From: Caenispirillum bisanense
GTDB lineage: Bacteria > Pseudomonadota > Alphaproteobacteria > Rhodospirillales > UBA2165
DNA length: 64,000 nt
Reading direction: 5' to 3'
NCBI GenBank assembly: GCA_945877815.1
Contig: CAMDWJ010000016.1
Location: 7,516 to 71,515, forward strand
The notes under the pieces were generated by a model. That model searched no databases and was not told where the DNA came from. It was given only the letters and a program-made list of their open reading frames with translations. Position 1 is the stretch's first letter. Every line of letters begins with the position of its first letter. This document shows, piece after piece, positions 27,789-37,117 of this stretch. A program made the position numbers and the translations under genes.

Positions 27789-28245
27789 GAAATCCTCGCT
27801 TAATTTATAATAAATACAGAATAAGGCCGCGAGATATCTAATATTTATCGGCTGATTTACTTGAATTTATTAGACAAAATTTTCGATCTACAGAATCCAA
27901 ATATAATATATTGATTAATGGATTGGTGTGTCATTAGAGGGGCATAAAATCGACAATATTCGATCGATGCCGGTCGGAGTTTTACTCACGACTTCGTGAA
28001 CAGCTTTAGTGATATCCACTGTCCGGTGCGGTTTTTCCGCAGAAAACCCTATAGACGTAAACCGTATAGCCGAGGATCACGGGCAAGAGAACGGCCGTAC
28101 CGACCAACAGGAATCCTAGGGATTAATCGGGAGCGTCAGCGTGCCAAATATCGATCGAGACTGGATCGCGGATCGGCGCTCGATATTTCCGTTCCAATCA
28201 TGAGAGCTGTGAGACAGACTTCTAGGGAGTAACCGGAGGCGAACC

Positions 28246-28755
28246 ATGTTGCCGATGCCGATAGCTGATCTGGAAGCCATTTCGCGCGAATTAGCCGAAA
28301 GCGGCGAGCGTGTGCGGGTTTTGTGGCAACAGCCCGATACCTTGGCCTTCGTGGCGCGCGGGCGGGAGTACCGCAGCGAGTTTCACATCAACCCCAGCGA
28401 CGAAGTCATGTACATGATCAAGGGGCAGATGAATCTCCATTTTCGTACGCCCGAAGGGAAGGAAGATATCGCTGTTTTGCGAGAAGGATCTTCAATCTAT
28501 ACCGCGTCCGGTATTCCGCATTCGCCGCGCTTTCCGCCGGACGCATTCTTACTGGTGCTCGAACGCAAGCGGCGCGCGGGCGAGGTCGATCGGTTCCAAT
28601 GGTTCTGTCCGTCCTGCGACGCCTTGCTGCACGAGGAATCCTTCATGGTCAGCGATTATGCGCTCGATCCGGTATCCAAGGCCTATCAGACTTTTTGCGA
28701 TTCGGAAGCCTTCCGTACCTGCAAGTCCTGCGGCACCGTGATGCCGAGACCTTAA
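28246..28755 (+). CDS. 3-hydroxyanthranilate 3,4-dioxygenase-like cupin
   Basis: RSEFHINPSDEVMY (Fe His/Glu), PHSP (Fe His), rubredoxin-like CPSC...CKSC; RBS GGAGG. Confidence 0.8.
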   Translation: MLPMPIADLEAISRELAESGERVRVLWQQPDTLAFVARGREYRSEFHINPSDEVMYMIKGQMNLHFRTPEGKEDIAVLREGSSIYTASGIPHSPRFPPDAFLLVLERKRRAGEVDRFQWFCPSCDALLHEESFMVSDYALDPVSKAYQTFCDSEAFRTCKSCGTVMPRP

Positions 28756-28777
28756 CGACGTTTGGGAGGGAAGAAAA

Positions 28778-29182
28778 ATGCCGAAACAGGTCGTGACGTC
28801 GGCAACCGCGCCGACAACGGGCTTCACGAATGCTGCGACGCCGTCGCCGCTCGCCCAGGCGATCCGCTGGGGCAATACGCTGTTCGTTTCAGGCCAAGGG
28901 CCACTCGATCCGGAAACCCGGACAGTCGTGTCGGAGGACATCCAGGATCAGACGCGCCAAACTTTGCGCAATCTGGACGGGATACTGAAAGCAGCGGGGG
29001 CAACATTCGCCAATGTGGTCAATATGCGCGTCTGCCTGCGCAACACCGCCGACTTCGCGAAATTCAACGAAGCTTTTACCGACTTCATGCAGGGCGAAAA
29101 GGTGACCCGTACCTGCATAGGCGGAACGCCGCATCGCGCTGGGGTCAATGTCGAGATCGACTGTATCGCGATGTTCGATTGA
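28778..29182 (+). CDS. RidA/YjgF family enamine-imine deaminase (2-aminomuconate deaminase-like)
   Basis: LFVSGQGP, N..GIL.AAG, RTCIG (catalytic Arg), VEID. Confidence 0.88.
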   Translation: MPKQVVTSATAPTTGFTNAATPSPLAQAIRWGNTLFVSGQGPLDPETRTVVSEDIQDQTRQTLRNLDGILKAAGATFANVVNMRVCLRNTADFAKFNEAFTDFMQGEKVTRTCIGGTPHRAGVNVEIDCIAMFD

Positions 29183-29189
29183 TGCTCGG

Positions 29190-30485
29190 TTAGTTCCATA
29201 ACGTGCGGCGCCAGTGATAGCCGATGAATGCTGTCACGCCGATGCCGAAGACGACATAGAGCGAGGCGGCAATCGGATAGCCGTAACGGTCGATCAGCGC
29301 ACCTGCGATAAGGAGTCCGACTGGCAGGCCATAGACCACGAGCATGCGAATCCCCATGACCCGGGCGCGGAAGCGTGCTTCCACGTCGCGAAGGAGTACC
29401 GCCGATAGCGTCACCATGGCGAGGTTGTGAATGATTCCCATGACGAACAGGACGATTAATCCGGTCAGCTTGGTTTCCATCTGTGCGAAAACCAGGATCA
29501 GCAGGTACCACAAGACAACGTTGATGAGCATGAAGCGGGCCGAACGCCGTTCGCCGCCCACGACCGTCATGATGATCGAACCGATCAGCGCGCCCGTGGC
29601 GAAGGTGGACACAAGATGCCCAAGGCCGGTCGCGTCGATGTGGTAGATATTCTTCGCCACATGCGGCAACAACTGATGCGACAGCGGGAAGGCGCTGAAA
29701 TTGAGCAAAAAGGCGAGCAACATCAAGCCGGTCACGGACGGCGCGGTCCAGGCATAAGACAGTCCGTCGCGCAGATCGCGCCATTGTCGCGCGATCAACC
29801 CGAGTGGGGCCGCGCCTATCGCCACCTTTTCCGGCGTGTCGGAGGCAGGGACATGGGCGACGCCGAGCGTCAGTAAAAAGCTCAGGGCATAGCAGACGAC
29901 GATGCAGACATAGGCAGGCCCCATGCCGAGGGTCGCGAACAGGCTGGCGCCGATGAGCGAGCCGGCGATACGCGCGCTGTCCATGGTCATGCGCGACAGG
30001 CCCAACGCGCTCATCAGTCGCGCCGGGGTCATGGTATCGCCGATCAAAGAATTGCGCATGACGAGGTCTGACGGCCGCACTAGACCGATCAGCAAGGCGA
30101 TCGGCAGGACATGGATAGGCTTGAGGACGCCGACCAAGGCTAAGGTCATCACGATGCTGGCAAGAAGTGTCAGAAAACCACGTGTCATGCACAGCGTCGT
30201 GCGCCGTCCGATGCGATCTCCCAGTACGCCGGAGAAAGGTGCCAGTAAGGTGCCGACGAAGAGAAGTGCTCCGTAAAGGGTGAGATAGAAAACCGAATCC
30301 GTCTCAACTAGAATGAACCAGCCGAGGATCAGGTTCTCCATTTCGAAGGCCCACGACATCAAAAGATCAGCGGGCCATTGGAACCGAAAGCTGCGTACCG
30401 CAAAGGGTGCCAGGGGAGCAGTCCACCAGTGGTGCGGTGCCGGTTTGCTCTCGATCGATGTATCTAGGTCCGAGCTGTCTTTCAC
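29190..30485 (-). CDS. MFS transporter
   Basis: About 12 hydrophobic segments; GVLGDRIGRR motif A. Confidence 0.88.
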   Translation of the reverse strand: MKDSSDLDTSIESKPAPHHWWTAPLAPFAVRSFRFQWPADLLMSWAFEMENLILGWFILVETDSVFYLTLYGALLFVGTLLAPFSGVLGDRIGRRTTLCMTRGFLTLLASIVMTLALVGVLKPIHVLPIALLIGLVRPSDLVMRNSLIGDTMTPARLMSALGLSRMTMDSARIAGSLIGASLFATLGMGPAYVCIVVCYALSFLLTLGVAHVPASDTPEKVAIGAAPLGLIARQWRDLRDGLSYAWTAPSVTGLMLLAFLLNFSAFPLSHQLLPHVAKNIYHIDATGLGHLVSTFATGALIGSIIMTVVGGERRSARFMLINVVLWYLLILVFAQMETKLTGLIVLFVMGIIHNLAMVTLSAVLLRDVEARFRARVMGIRMLVVYGLPVGLLIAGALIDRYGYPIAASLYVVFGIGVTAFIGYHWRRTLWN

Positions 30486-30540
30486 GGTTCGCCAAGCCTA
30501 TCCGCCGCTTTCGGGCATGGCCCCAGACAAACTCTGTAAT

Positions 30541-32292
30541 TCATGCCTGGCGTAGGCCTGTTCTGCGGACCAGCCACCAATAAAGCGCGACCAGGGGCAC
30601 CATCATGCTCATCAAGATTAGCGTCAACGCCGCGGCCGAGCCAAATCCACCCGAGAACCAGGCATTCCAGACCACGATAGGCAGGGTCAGGTTGTCGCGC
30701 GTCGACAGCACGACCGCCAGGGTCAGTTCGCGATATGTCAGAAGCGCCATCCACAGCCAAGCATAGATCAAGGTCGGGCCCAGCAGCGGGAGGATCACCT
30801 TCCAGATGATCACTCCAGTACCGACTCCGCTCATCGTTGCGGCTTCCTCCAGCTCTTTGTGGATCTGCATGAAGGTCGCGTTGGTCATGCGCGTCGCATA
30901 GCTGAGCCGCGCGACGACGAAAACGAGCAGCAGGATCCAAATGGTGCCGTGGATGGGCACGAATCGCTGCAGTACGAACAGCATGAACAGCATGGCGGCG
31001 AGCCCGAACACGATATTGGGGATCGCGTGCGGAAGAAATGCGACGAAATCGAATCCGACCCGGCCAGGGATCTTAGAACGCAACACAACCCAGGAGAAAC
31101 AGACGGCAATTGCGAGTGTCAGGGTCGGCGTCAGCACCATCAAGATCCCGGTATTGATGATGCCGTCGATGGTCATGTCCCATTGGATGTTCTGGAATTG
31201 TCGCAGCGATATGGTTTTGAACGCTGCCGCCGACGGATAGCGGAAGTAGGGCAGCAGCGACGCCCAGATTATCACCAGGAGTGGGAGTAGCTTGCTGAGA
31301 GTGAAATAGGCGCCGAGGAATCCCCAGGCGAGCCACACTTTACGGCCCAATGCGACGGTGCGGGGGCGATAGCCCTTTCCGGTGACGACCTGATAGCGGT
31401 GCGCATGGGCCTGAAGACGGCTGTACCACCAGATCAGCATGCCGGAGATGAAAATCACGACCATCGACAGCGCCGAGACCGCACCGTAACGCGGCAAGCC
31501 TTCTGCTGCGGACAATTGCAACAGTAGGTAGGTCGAAAAGGTATAGATCTTGTTCGACCAGCCGATGATCGCGGGCACGTCGAAGGCAGCGAAGCCGATG
31601 GTGAAGATATAGATGCCGGCGGCCAGGATGCCCGGCCAGGCCAGCGGCAAGGTCACCTTGCGCATTACGTTGAAGAAGCCGGCGCCCGACATCTGCGCCG
31701 ATTCCTCGAGTGCCGGATCGAGGGCACGCAGCACTGCGGCGGTCATGATGAAGGCAAGCGGCGCGAGGCTGAGACCCATGACCCAGCCCATTCCCATGAT
31801 GGAGGCGATATTGAACGGGGCCTCCGAGAGGGCGAATAGGTCCATCGCCCAGCGATTCACGATGCCGATTCGGGGATGGAGCATGAACAGCCAGCCCATA
31901 GCCGCGGCGAAACCGGGCATCAGCAATCCAATGGTCATGATGGTGAGCACGGCCGGTTTCCCGGGAAGGTCGGTGCGCTCGACGAGCCACGCCGTCGGCA
32001 CGCCGAAAAAGAGCCCGACCGCCAGCGCGATGAGCGAAAATTGGAGCGTATTCGTCAAAACCTTCAGGATGAACGGATCGCCGAATACCTCGGCGAAATG
32101 CAGGAAGGAATAGGCCGAATCCGGCTCGATGGGATGTGCCTCGCGCAGGCTTAGCCATAGCATGAAGAGCGGCATCATGATGATGACGACGCTGACGCAC
32201 GCGACGATTGCGAACATCACGCACGCCCATCGATCCATCTTTGGAAGGGACAACGAAAAGGTGCTGCGTTGCATTATGGCTACTGCGGTCAC
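30541..32292 (-). CDS. ABC permease, FbpB/ThiP-type with two fused domains
   Basis: Two EAA loops (LEESAQMSGA, LEEAATMSGV). Confidence 0.9.
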   Translation of the reverse strand: MTAVAIMQRSTFSLSLPKMDRWACVMFAIVACVSVVIIMMPLFMLWLSLREAHPIEPDSAYSFLHFAEVFGDPFILKVLTNTLQFSLIALAVGLFFGVPTAWLVERTDLPGKPAVLTIMTIGLLMPGFAAAMGWLFMLHPRIGIVNRWAMDLFALSEAPFNIASIMGMGWVMGLSLAPLAFIMTAAVLRALDPALEESAQMSGAGFFNVMRKVTLPLAWPGILAAGIYIFTIGFAAFDVPAIIGWSNKIYTFSTYLLLQLSAAEGLPRYGAVSALSMVVIFISGMLIWWYSRLQAHAHRYQVVTGKGYRPRTVALGRKVWLAWGFLGAYFTLSKLLPLLVIIWASLLPYFRYPSAAAFKTISLRQFQNIQWDMTIDGIINTGILMVLTPTLTLAIAVCFSWVVLRSKIPGRVGFDFVAFLPHAIPNIVFGLAAMLFMLFVLQRFVPIHGTIWILLLVFVVARLSYATRMTNATFMQIHKELEEAATMSGVGTGVIIWKVILPLLGPTLIYAWLWMALLTYRELTLAVVLSTRDNLTLPIVVWNAWFSGGFGSAAALTLILMSMMVPLVALYWWLVRRTGLRQA

Positions 32293-32350
32293 GATACTGT
32301 CTGGGAAAGCAGGCCACCCCGTTTGGCGGGGCGGCGAAACGGGTTACTCG

Positions 32351-33439
32351 TTATTTACCGCTCGCCTGGAAGATTTTGACGACCTCGCGCTGAGCGGCAT
32401 TGCCTGGCTCGTTGGTTTCCTGCCAGTCGATGTCTGCATCGGCGAAGGTGATGCCGAACTTCTTTTCCACGGCCTGAATACCGGCGCGCTGGCGCGATTC
32501 GGGATAGAGATGCAGATCGTTCTGATGGAGTTCCCACATATCAAGTTGGCCCGGCACCGTATGCAGATAGGTGATGAAAAGCTTGGCCGCATTCGGATTG
32601 GGCGCGTTCTTCGGCACGGCGTGGTAGAAATAGCTGATCATCGGGTAGTCGGGCGTAACGACGCGGCGCACCGGCGCACCCTGAAGACTGGCTTTCACCA
32701 TGCTGCCACCACCGCAGTCGGTGACAAAGGCGAGGAATTCGCCGGACGAGATGCGTTCGGCTTCCGGGCAGAGGATGAAGCCGCCGACCTGTTGCCCGAA
32801 CTGGCGGGCGAATTCGAGCGTCTTTTCGGGCCCCCAGGCCTCCTTAGCCGCGAGCTGCTCGAACCCAGCGCCGAAGGCCGTGGTTGCGATCTTGCCCTTG
32901 AATTCGGGTTTAAGAAAATCGGATACGCGTTCCGGATTCGATTTCACGAGGTCCGTGTTGTAGGAAAAGCCAAGCGTCGCCGAGTATGCCTTCACGTAGG
33001 TTTCGCGCTCTATCAGCCGATCCGTCAGCCGCTCGGGATCGTAAGACTTCCACGGTGCCGTCTGGAACAGATCGAATTTCAGGAACGCACCCATGTTGCG
33101 CGAGAACCCGGTATAGAGATCGGTCGGCGCAGGGAGGTTGTTCTTCAGCGACACGGCGATCTCGTTGCCGATCTCGGGCATGGAGCCGCCGGGCGCCCAA
33201 ACCACTTTGACCTTCGTGCCAAAGGCCTTGTTCATGTTATCGGTGTAGATTTTGACGCCGCGTCCGCCATCAAAAAAGTTGCTGCTGTATTTGACGATGA
33301 CCTGGCCTTCCTTGTCGGCGGCGGCGGCCAGTGCCTTCAACTCGGGCGTCATCTTCAAGGTCTGTGCATCGGCGGCGTGAGCGACGAAAAGGGCAGTCGC
33401 AACGGCCCATGCGGCCATCAAGCTCGTAGTATTACGCAT
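32351..33439 (-). CDS. ABC substrate-binding protein (AfuA/FbpA-like fold)
   Basis: Signal peptide AHA-AD; AAADKEGQV; KNAPNPNAAKLFI. Confidence 0.85.
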   Translation of the reverse strand: MRNTTSLMAAWAVATALFVAHAADAQTLKMTPELKALAAAADKEGQVIVKYSSNFFDGGRGVKIYTDNMNKAFGTKVKVVWAPGGSMPEIGNEIAVSLKNNLPAPTDLYTGFSRNMGAFLKFDLFQTAPWKSYDPERLTDRLIERETYVKAYSATLGFSYNTDLVKSNPERVSDFLKPEFKGKIATTAFGAGFEQLAAKEAWGPEKTLEFARQFGQQVGGFILCPEAERISSGEFLAFVTDCGGGSMVKASLQGAPVRRVVTPDYPMISYFYHAVPKNAPNPNAAKLFITYLHTVPGQLDMWELHQNDLHLYPESRQRAGIQAVEKKFGITFADADIDWQETNEPGNAAQREVVKIFQASGK

Positions 33440-33520
33440 CGATAACTCCCTGTTTGCGGCATCTCGACCGCCGCAATTTTCGCGCGGCCGGTGCCTTGTT
33501 CTTGATCGTAAAAGGCCAGT

Positions 33521-34678
33521 TTACTCCGCCGCTTGGCCTAGGCCGCCGGCATAATCGCCTGAATCCCGGCGAGCGTCCATTGCTGCAGCCTTTTGGCGGA
33601 AGTCGATGTTCTGCTCGGCGGGATCGCGGATGACGCCGAATGGATCCTGGCCTTCCTTCACGGCGGCTAATGCGTCGCGCATCATCTTGCGCATCAGGAT
33701 AACGCCGCCATCGGAGACGCCCAGATGCTCGTTCGGTCGATCGGCGATGACGCCCTGTTGCTCGATCGCCATGCGATCGTGATCGCTGACGTCGATACCC
33801 CACCAATCCTCCGCAAGCGGCTTGTATTCGCCGAGCTTCTCGTCGCGTTCGATAACTGTGCGGGTGCGCTTGTCACTGGGATAGAAGCGCACGAAGAATA
33901 GCTTGGTTTTCGTATCGTCAATCGGCACGCGATAGAGGACGGATTGCACCTGCGCGCCGTTCGGTTCGACTGGCGAAACGCTGAAGCGATTTACGGTCGG
34001 GAAGGCGTAGCAGGAGATATGCTCGTCATCGCCCGGGAGTCCGTCGATCATCATGACGTTATCGACGCCGTAGGATTGCGGTTCCCAATGGTAAGATACC
34101 TTCTTGCCGCCGTAGGCTGGATAGGCATAGCCGTGCAGCCACGCGAGGTGGCTAATGTCCAGTATGTTTTCGACATGGTTGAAGTAGTTGGCGTTGACAT
34201 GGCGGATCTGAACGCCCTTCACGCCGTCTTCCATTCGCAGCACATCAAAGAGCGGCAGCAGCGGTGCAGGCAACGGGCCCACATAGCCGAAGACAAGACC
34301 GCTATATTCCTGCACCGGATAGGTCTTGAGCTTGATCTTTTGATTGAAACCACTGCCTTCCGGCTCGGCAGGCTGTGCGGTGCATTGGCCGGTCTGATCG
34401 TAGAGCCAGCCGTGATAGGGGCAGCGGATGCTGTCGCCTTCGATACGGCCGTAATCGAGCGCTAGGCTGCGGTGGGCACAGCGTAGCTGCATGAGGGTGG
34501 CCTGACCGCTGGCACCGCGATACAGCATCAGTTCCTCGCCTAGGACCTTGATGCGTTTCGGCTTGCTAGTGATCTGCTCCGAAACCCCGACCGGATGCCA
34601 ATAACGGCGCAGGAGTTCGCCCATCGGAGTGCTCGGCCCGACGCAGGTGAAAAGCTTGTTTTCTTCGTGACTGAGCAT
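33521..34678 (-). CDS. Rieske non-heme iron oxygenase alpha subunit (phthalate 4,5-dioxygenase/LigX-like group)
   Basis: CAHR...CPYHGW Rieske ligands; ENILDISHLAWLH; distal D in DHDRMAIEQQG. Confidence 0.9.
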   Translation of the reverse strand: MLSHEENKLFTCVGPSTPMGELLRRYWHPVGVSEQITSKPKRIKVLGEELMLYRGASGQATLMQLRCAHRSLALDYGRIEGDSIRCPYHGWLYDQTGQCTAQPAEPEGSGFNQKIKLKTYPVQEYSGLVFGYVGPLPAPLLPLFDVLRMEDGVKGVQIRHVNANYFNHVENILDISHLAWLHGYAYPAYGGKKVSYHWEPQSYGVDNVMMIDGLPGDDEHISCYAFPTVNRFSVSPVEPNGAQVQSVLYRVPIDDTKTKLFFVRFYPSDKRTRTVIERDEKLGEYKPLAEDWWGIDVSDHDRMAIEQQGVIADRPNEHLGVSDGGVILMRKMMRDALAAVKEGQDPFGVIRDPAEQNIDFRQKAAAMDARRDSGDYAGGLGQAAE

Positions 34679-34724
34679 GGCCTACCTCATCCTGTTCGAT
34701 TTATGCGTTCACAGGAGTGCTTCG

Positions 34725-35888
34725 TTATTCCGCAGCGGTCGCGTTCCAATTGACGAACGCGCGGTCGTAGTTCAGGTGATCCTGGCGCTGTTCCATCATG
34801 GACGACTTCTGCGGGAAGATTATTTTCTGCTTGGCGGCATCGCGTATAACGCAGAGTGGATCCTTGCCCTCTTCGATCAAGGCGAGCGATTCGCGCAGCA
34901 TCTTGCGCTGCATAATGATGCCGCCGTCGGAAACTCCGAGGTGTTCGTTTGGGCGATCAGCAACTGTGCCTTGCTGTTCGATAGCCATGCGATCCTGATC
35001 GCCGACATCGATGCCCCACCAATCGTCGGCCAGCGCGCGGTAGACGCCGAGTTTTTCTTCCTTGCGCTGGTAGTTGATCGATTTCTTTTCGCTCGCATAA
35101 AAGCGGATGTAAAACTGCATGGTCGAGGTGTCATCCATCGGCACGCGGAAGATCATCGATCTGACCAGTTCACCGCCTTTTTCCGCCGGCGGGGCGGAGA
35201 AGCGGTTCACGTTGGGAAACGCGTAGCAGGAGACATGCGTGTCATCGATGCCTTCGATGTCCATCACGTTATCCATGCCGTAGTCTTTGCGGTCCCAGTG
35301 ATAGGTCACCTTTTTCGCGCCATATGCCGGAAAGGTATAGCCATGCAGCCACGCCAGGTGGCTGATATCCACGATGTTTTCAATGCAGTTGAGCCAGTTG
35401 CAGTTGACGTTGCGCCGGGCGATGCCCTTGACGCCGTCTTCGTCCATCATGACGTCGTAGATCGGCAGCAAAGGCGCCGGCAACGGCCCCATATATGCGA
35501 AGACGAGGCCGCTCGCCTCCTGCGTCGGATAGGTCGTGAGCTTCACCTTTTCCTTGAAGCCGCTGTCTTCAGGTTCGGCGGGCTGTGCCGTGCATTGGCC
35601 AGTCGCGTCATATAACCAACCGTGATAGGGGCAGCGGATACTGTCGCCTTCGACTCGGCCGTAATCCATGGCGAGGCTGCGGTGCGCGCAGCGCAGTTGA
35701 GTCAGTACCGGCTTGCCACTGGCACCGCGATAGATCAGCAGCTCCTCGCCGAGGATTTTCAGACGAGTTGGCTTGCTGGTGACAAATTCCGTGCATTCGA
35801 CGGGATGCCAATAACGCCGGAGCATTTCGCCCATGGGGGTTCTGCGGCCGACACTGGTAAAGAGGGCATTGTCTTCTTGGCTGAGCAT
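34725..35888 (-). CDS. Rieske non-heme iron oxygenase alpha subunit, tandem paralog
   Basis: CAHR...CPYHGW; ENIVDISHLAWLH; DQDRMAIEQQG. Confidence 0.9.
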   Translation of the reverse strand: MLSQEDNALFTSVGRRTPMGEMLRRYWHPVECTEFVTSKPTRLKILGEELLIYRGASGKPVLTQLRCAHRSLAMDYGRVEGDSIRCPYHGWLYDATGQCTAQPAEPEDSGFKEKVKLTTYPTQEASGLVFAYMGPLPAPLLPIYDVMMDEDGVKGIARRNVNCNWLNCIENIVDISHLAWLHGYTFPAYGAKKVTYHWDRKDYGMDNVMDIEGIDDTHVSCYAFPNVNRFSAPPAEKGGELVRSMIFRVPMDDTSTMQFYIRFYASEKKSINYQRKEEKLGVYRALADDWWGIDVGDQDRMAIEQQGTVADRPNEHLGVSDGGIIMQRKMLRESLALIEEGKDPLCVIRDAAKQKIIFPQKSSMMEQRQDHLNYDRAFVNWNATAAE

Positions 35889-36019
35889 GGGTCACCTCGA
35901 CGCGATTGCCTGACTGCGATGAATTATTCTGTCTTTTTTGGTCCTTCGATCGGATCTGGGGACGGGTTCAGATTAACAGATATAATTGCATGTGTTAAAC
36001 GAGTTAATTAAATCAACGA

Positions 36020-37117
36020 TCAAGCATCCGCGCGCATGGCGAGGCAATGCCGTGCAGCGATATAGAGCGAGACTTGGCTTCCCACAACGGGGGTGCGGTC
36101 CGGATGAAGCTGCACTTTGAAGCTCGTCTGGCCAACTTTGACAATGCAATCGGTCATGTTGCCGACAAACGCAGCGGCTTCCAATGTCCCCACTAGTACG
36201 TTCTCGTCCGCCGAGCCCGACGGGGTGAGTTCAAGATGTTCCGGCCGGATCGCGACCATGATGGCACCGGAGGTAGAGCCAGACGGGGCGGAGCAGGCAA
36301 GGCTGCCCCACGCGCAATCGACCCTGACAATGCCGTTGGCTGAAGGGTTTGTAGTTACGGTGCCGGGTACCAGATTCGATTTGCCGATGAAGTCGGCGAC
36401 GAAAGCATTGGCGGGACGCTGATAGATATCGAGCGGGTTACCTTCCTGCACGATCTTGCCGTTCTTCATGACGGCGATGACGTCGGACAGCGTTAATGCT
36501 TCGATCTGCTCGTGGGTAACGAAAATTGTTGTGACGCCCATTGATTTGACCAGGTGGCGCAGCTCGATGCGCATCTCTTCGCGCAGCTTGGCATCAAGGT
36601 TGGAGAGCGGTTCGTCGAGCAGGAGGACCTTGGGTTCCATCACGAAAGCACGCGCGAGCGCTAGGCGCTGCTGCTGTCCGCCCGATAGGTGCGGTGCTGC
36701 TCGGTCGGCGAGGTGGCCGAGCTGGACCAAATCCAAGGCTTTCTGCACCCGATCGCGGACGTCGCGGCCGGAAACTTTCTTGACGCCGTACCGCAGCGGA
36801 AACGCGACGTTCTCGAAGACCGTCATGTGCGGCCAAATTGCGTAGGACTGGAAGACCATGCCGATGGAACGTCGGTTGGGCGGAATCCAGACGTCTTTGT
36901 TGGAGGACGAAACGGGCGCACCGTCGATCCTGATTTCGCCGAGATCGGGACGTTCCAGTCCCGCAACGCAGCGCAAGGTTGTAGTTTTGCCGCAGCCCGA
37001 CGGCCCGAGCAGCGTATAGAACTGCCCCTGCTTCACCGTGAAGGACACGTCGTCTACGGCCAAGTGAGTCTGCTTCGCCGAATGATAGGTCAGGCTTAGA
37101 TGTTCGACTTCGATCAT
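36020..37117 (-). CDS. ABC ATP-binding subunit (FbpC/PotA type with TOBE domain)
   Basis: GPSGCGKT, LSGGQQQR, LLLDEPLSNLD; start MIEVEH (37117) by ATGA overlap. Confidence 0.93.
   Translation of the reverse strand: MIEVEHLSLTYHSAKQTHLAVDDVSFTVKQGQFYTLLGPSGCGKTTTLRCVAGLERPDLGEIRIDGAPVSSSNKDVWIPPNRRSIGMVFQSYAIWPHMTVFENVAFPLRYGVKKVSGRDVRDRVQKALDLVQLGHLADRAAPHLSGGQQQRLALARAFVMEPKVLLLDEPLSNLDAKLREEMRIELRHLVKSMGVTTIFVTHEQIEALTLSDVIAVMKNGKIVQEGNPLDIYQRPANAFVADFIGKSNLVPGTVTTNPSANGIVRVDCAWGSLACSAPSGSTSGAIMVAIRPEHLELTPSGSADENVLVGTLEAAAFVGNMTDCIVKVGQTSFKVQLHPDRTPVVGSQVSLYIAARHCLAMRADA

Noticed and set aside
28131-28147. Other TGGCAC half-sites (minus strand near 28145 and 24220; IS end at 1487) as sigma54 promoters
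   Set aside because: None has GC at the required 10-nt spacing.
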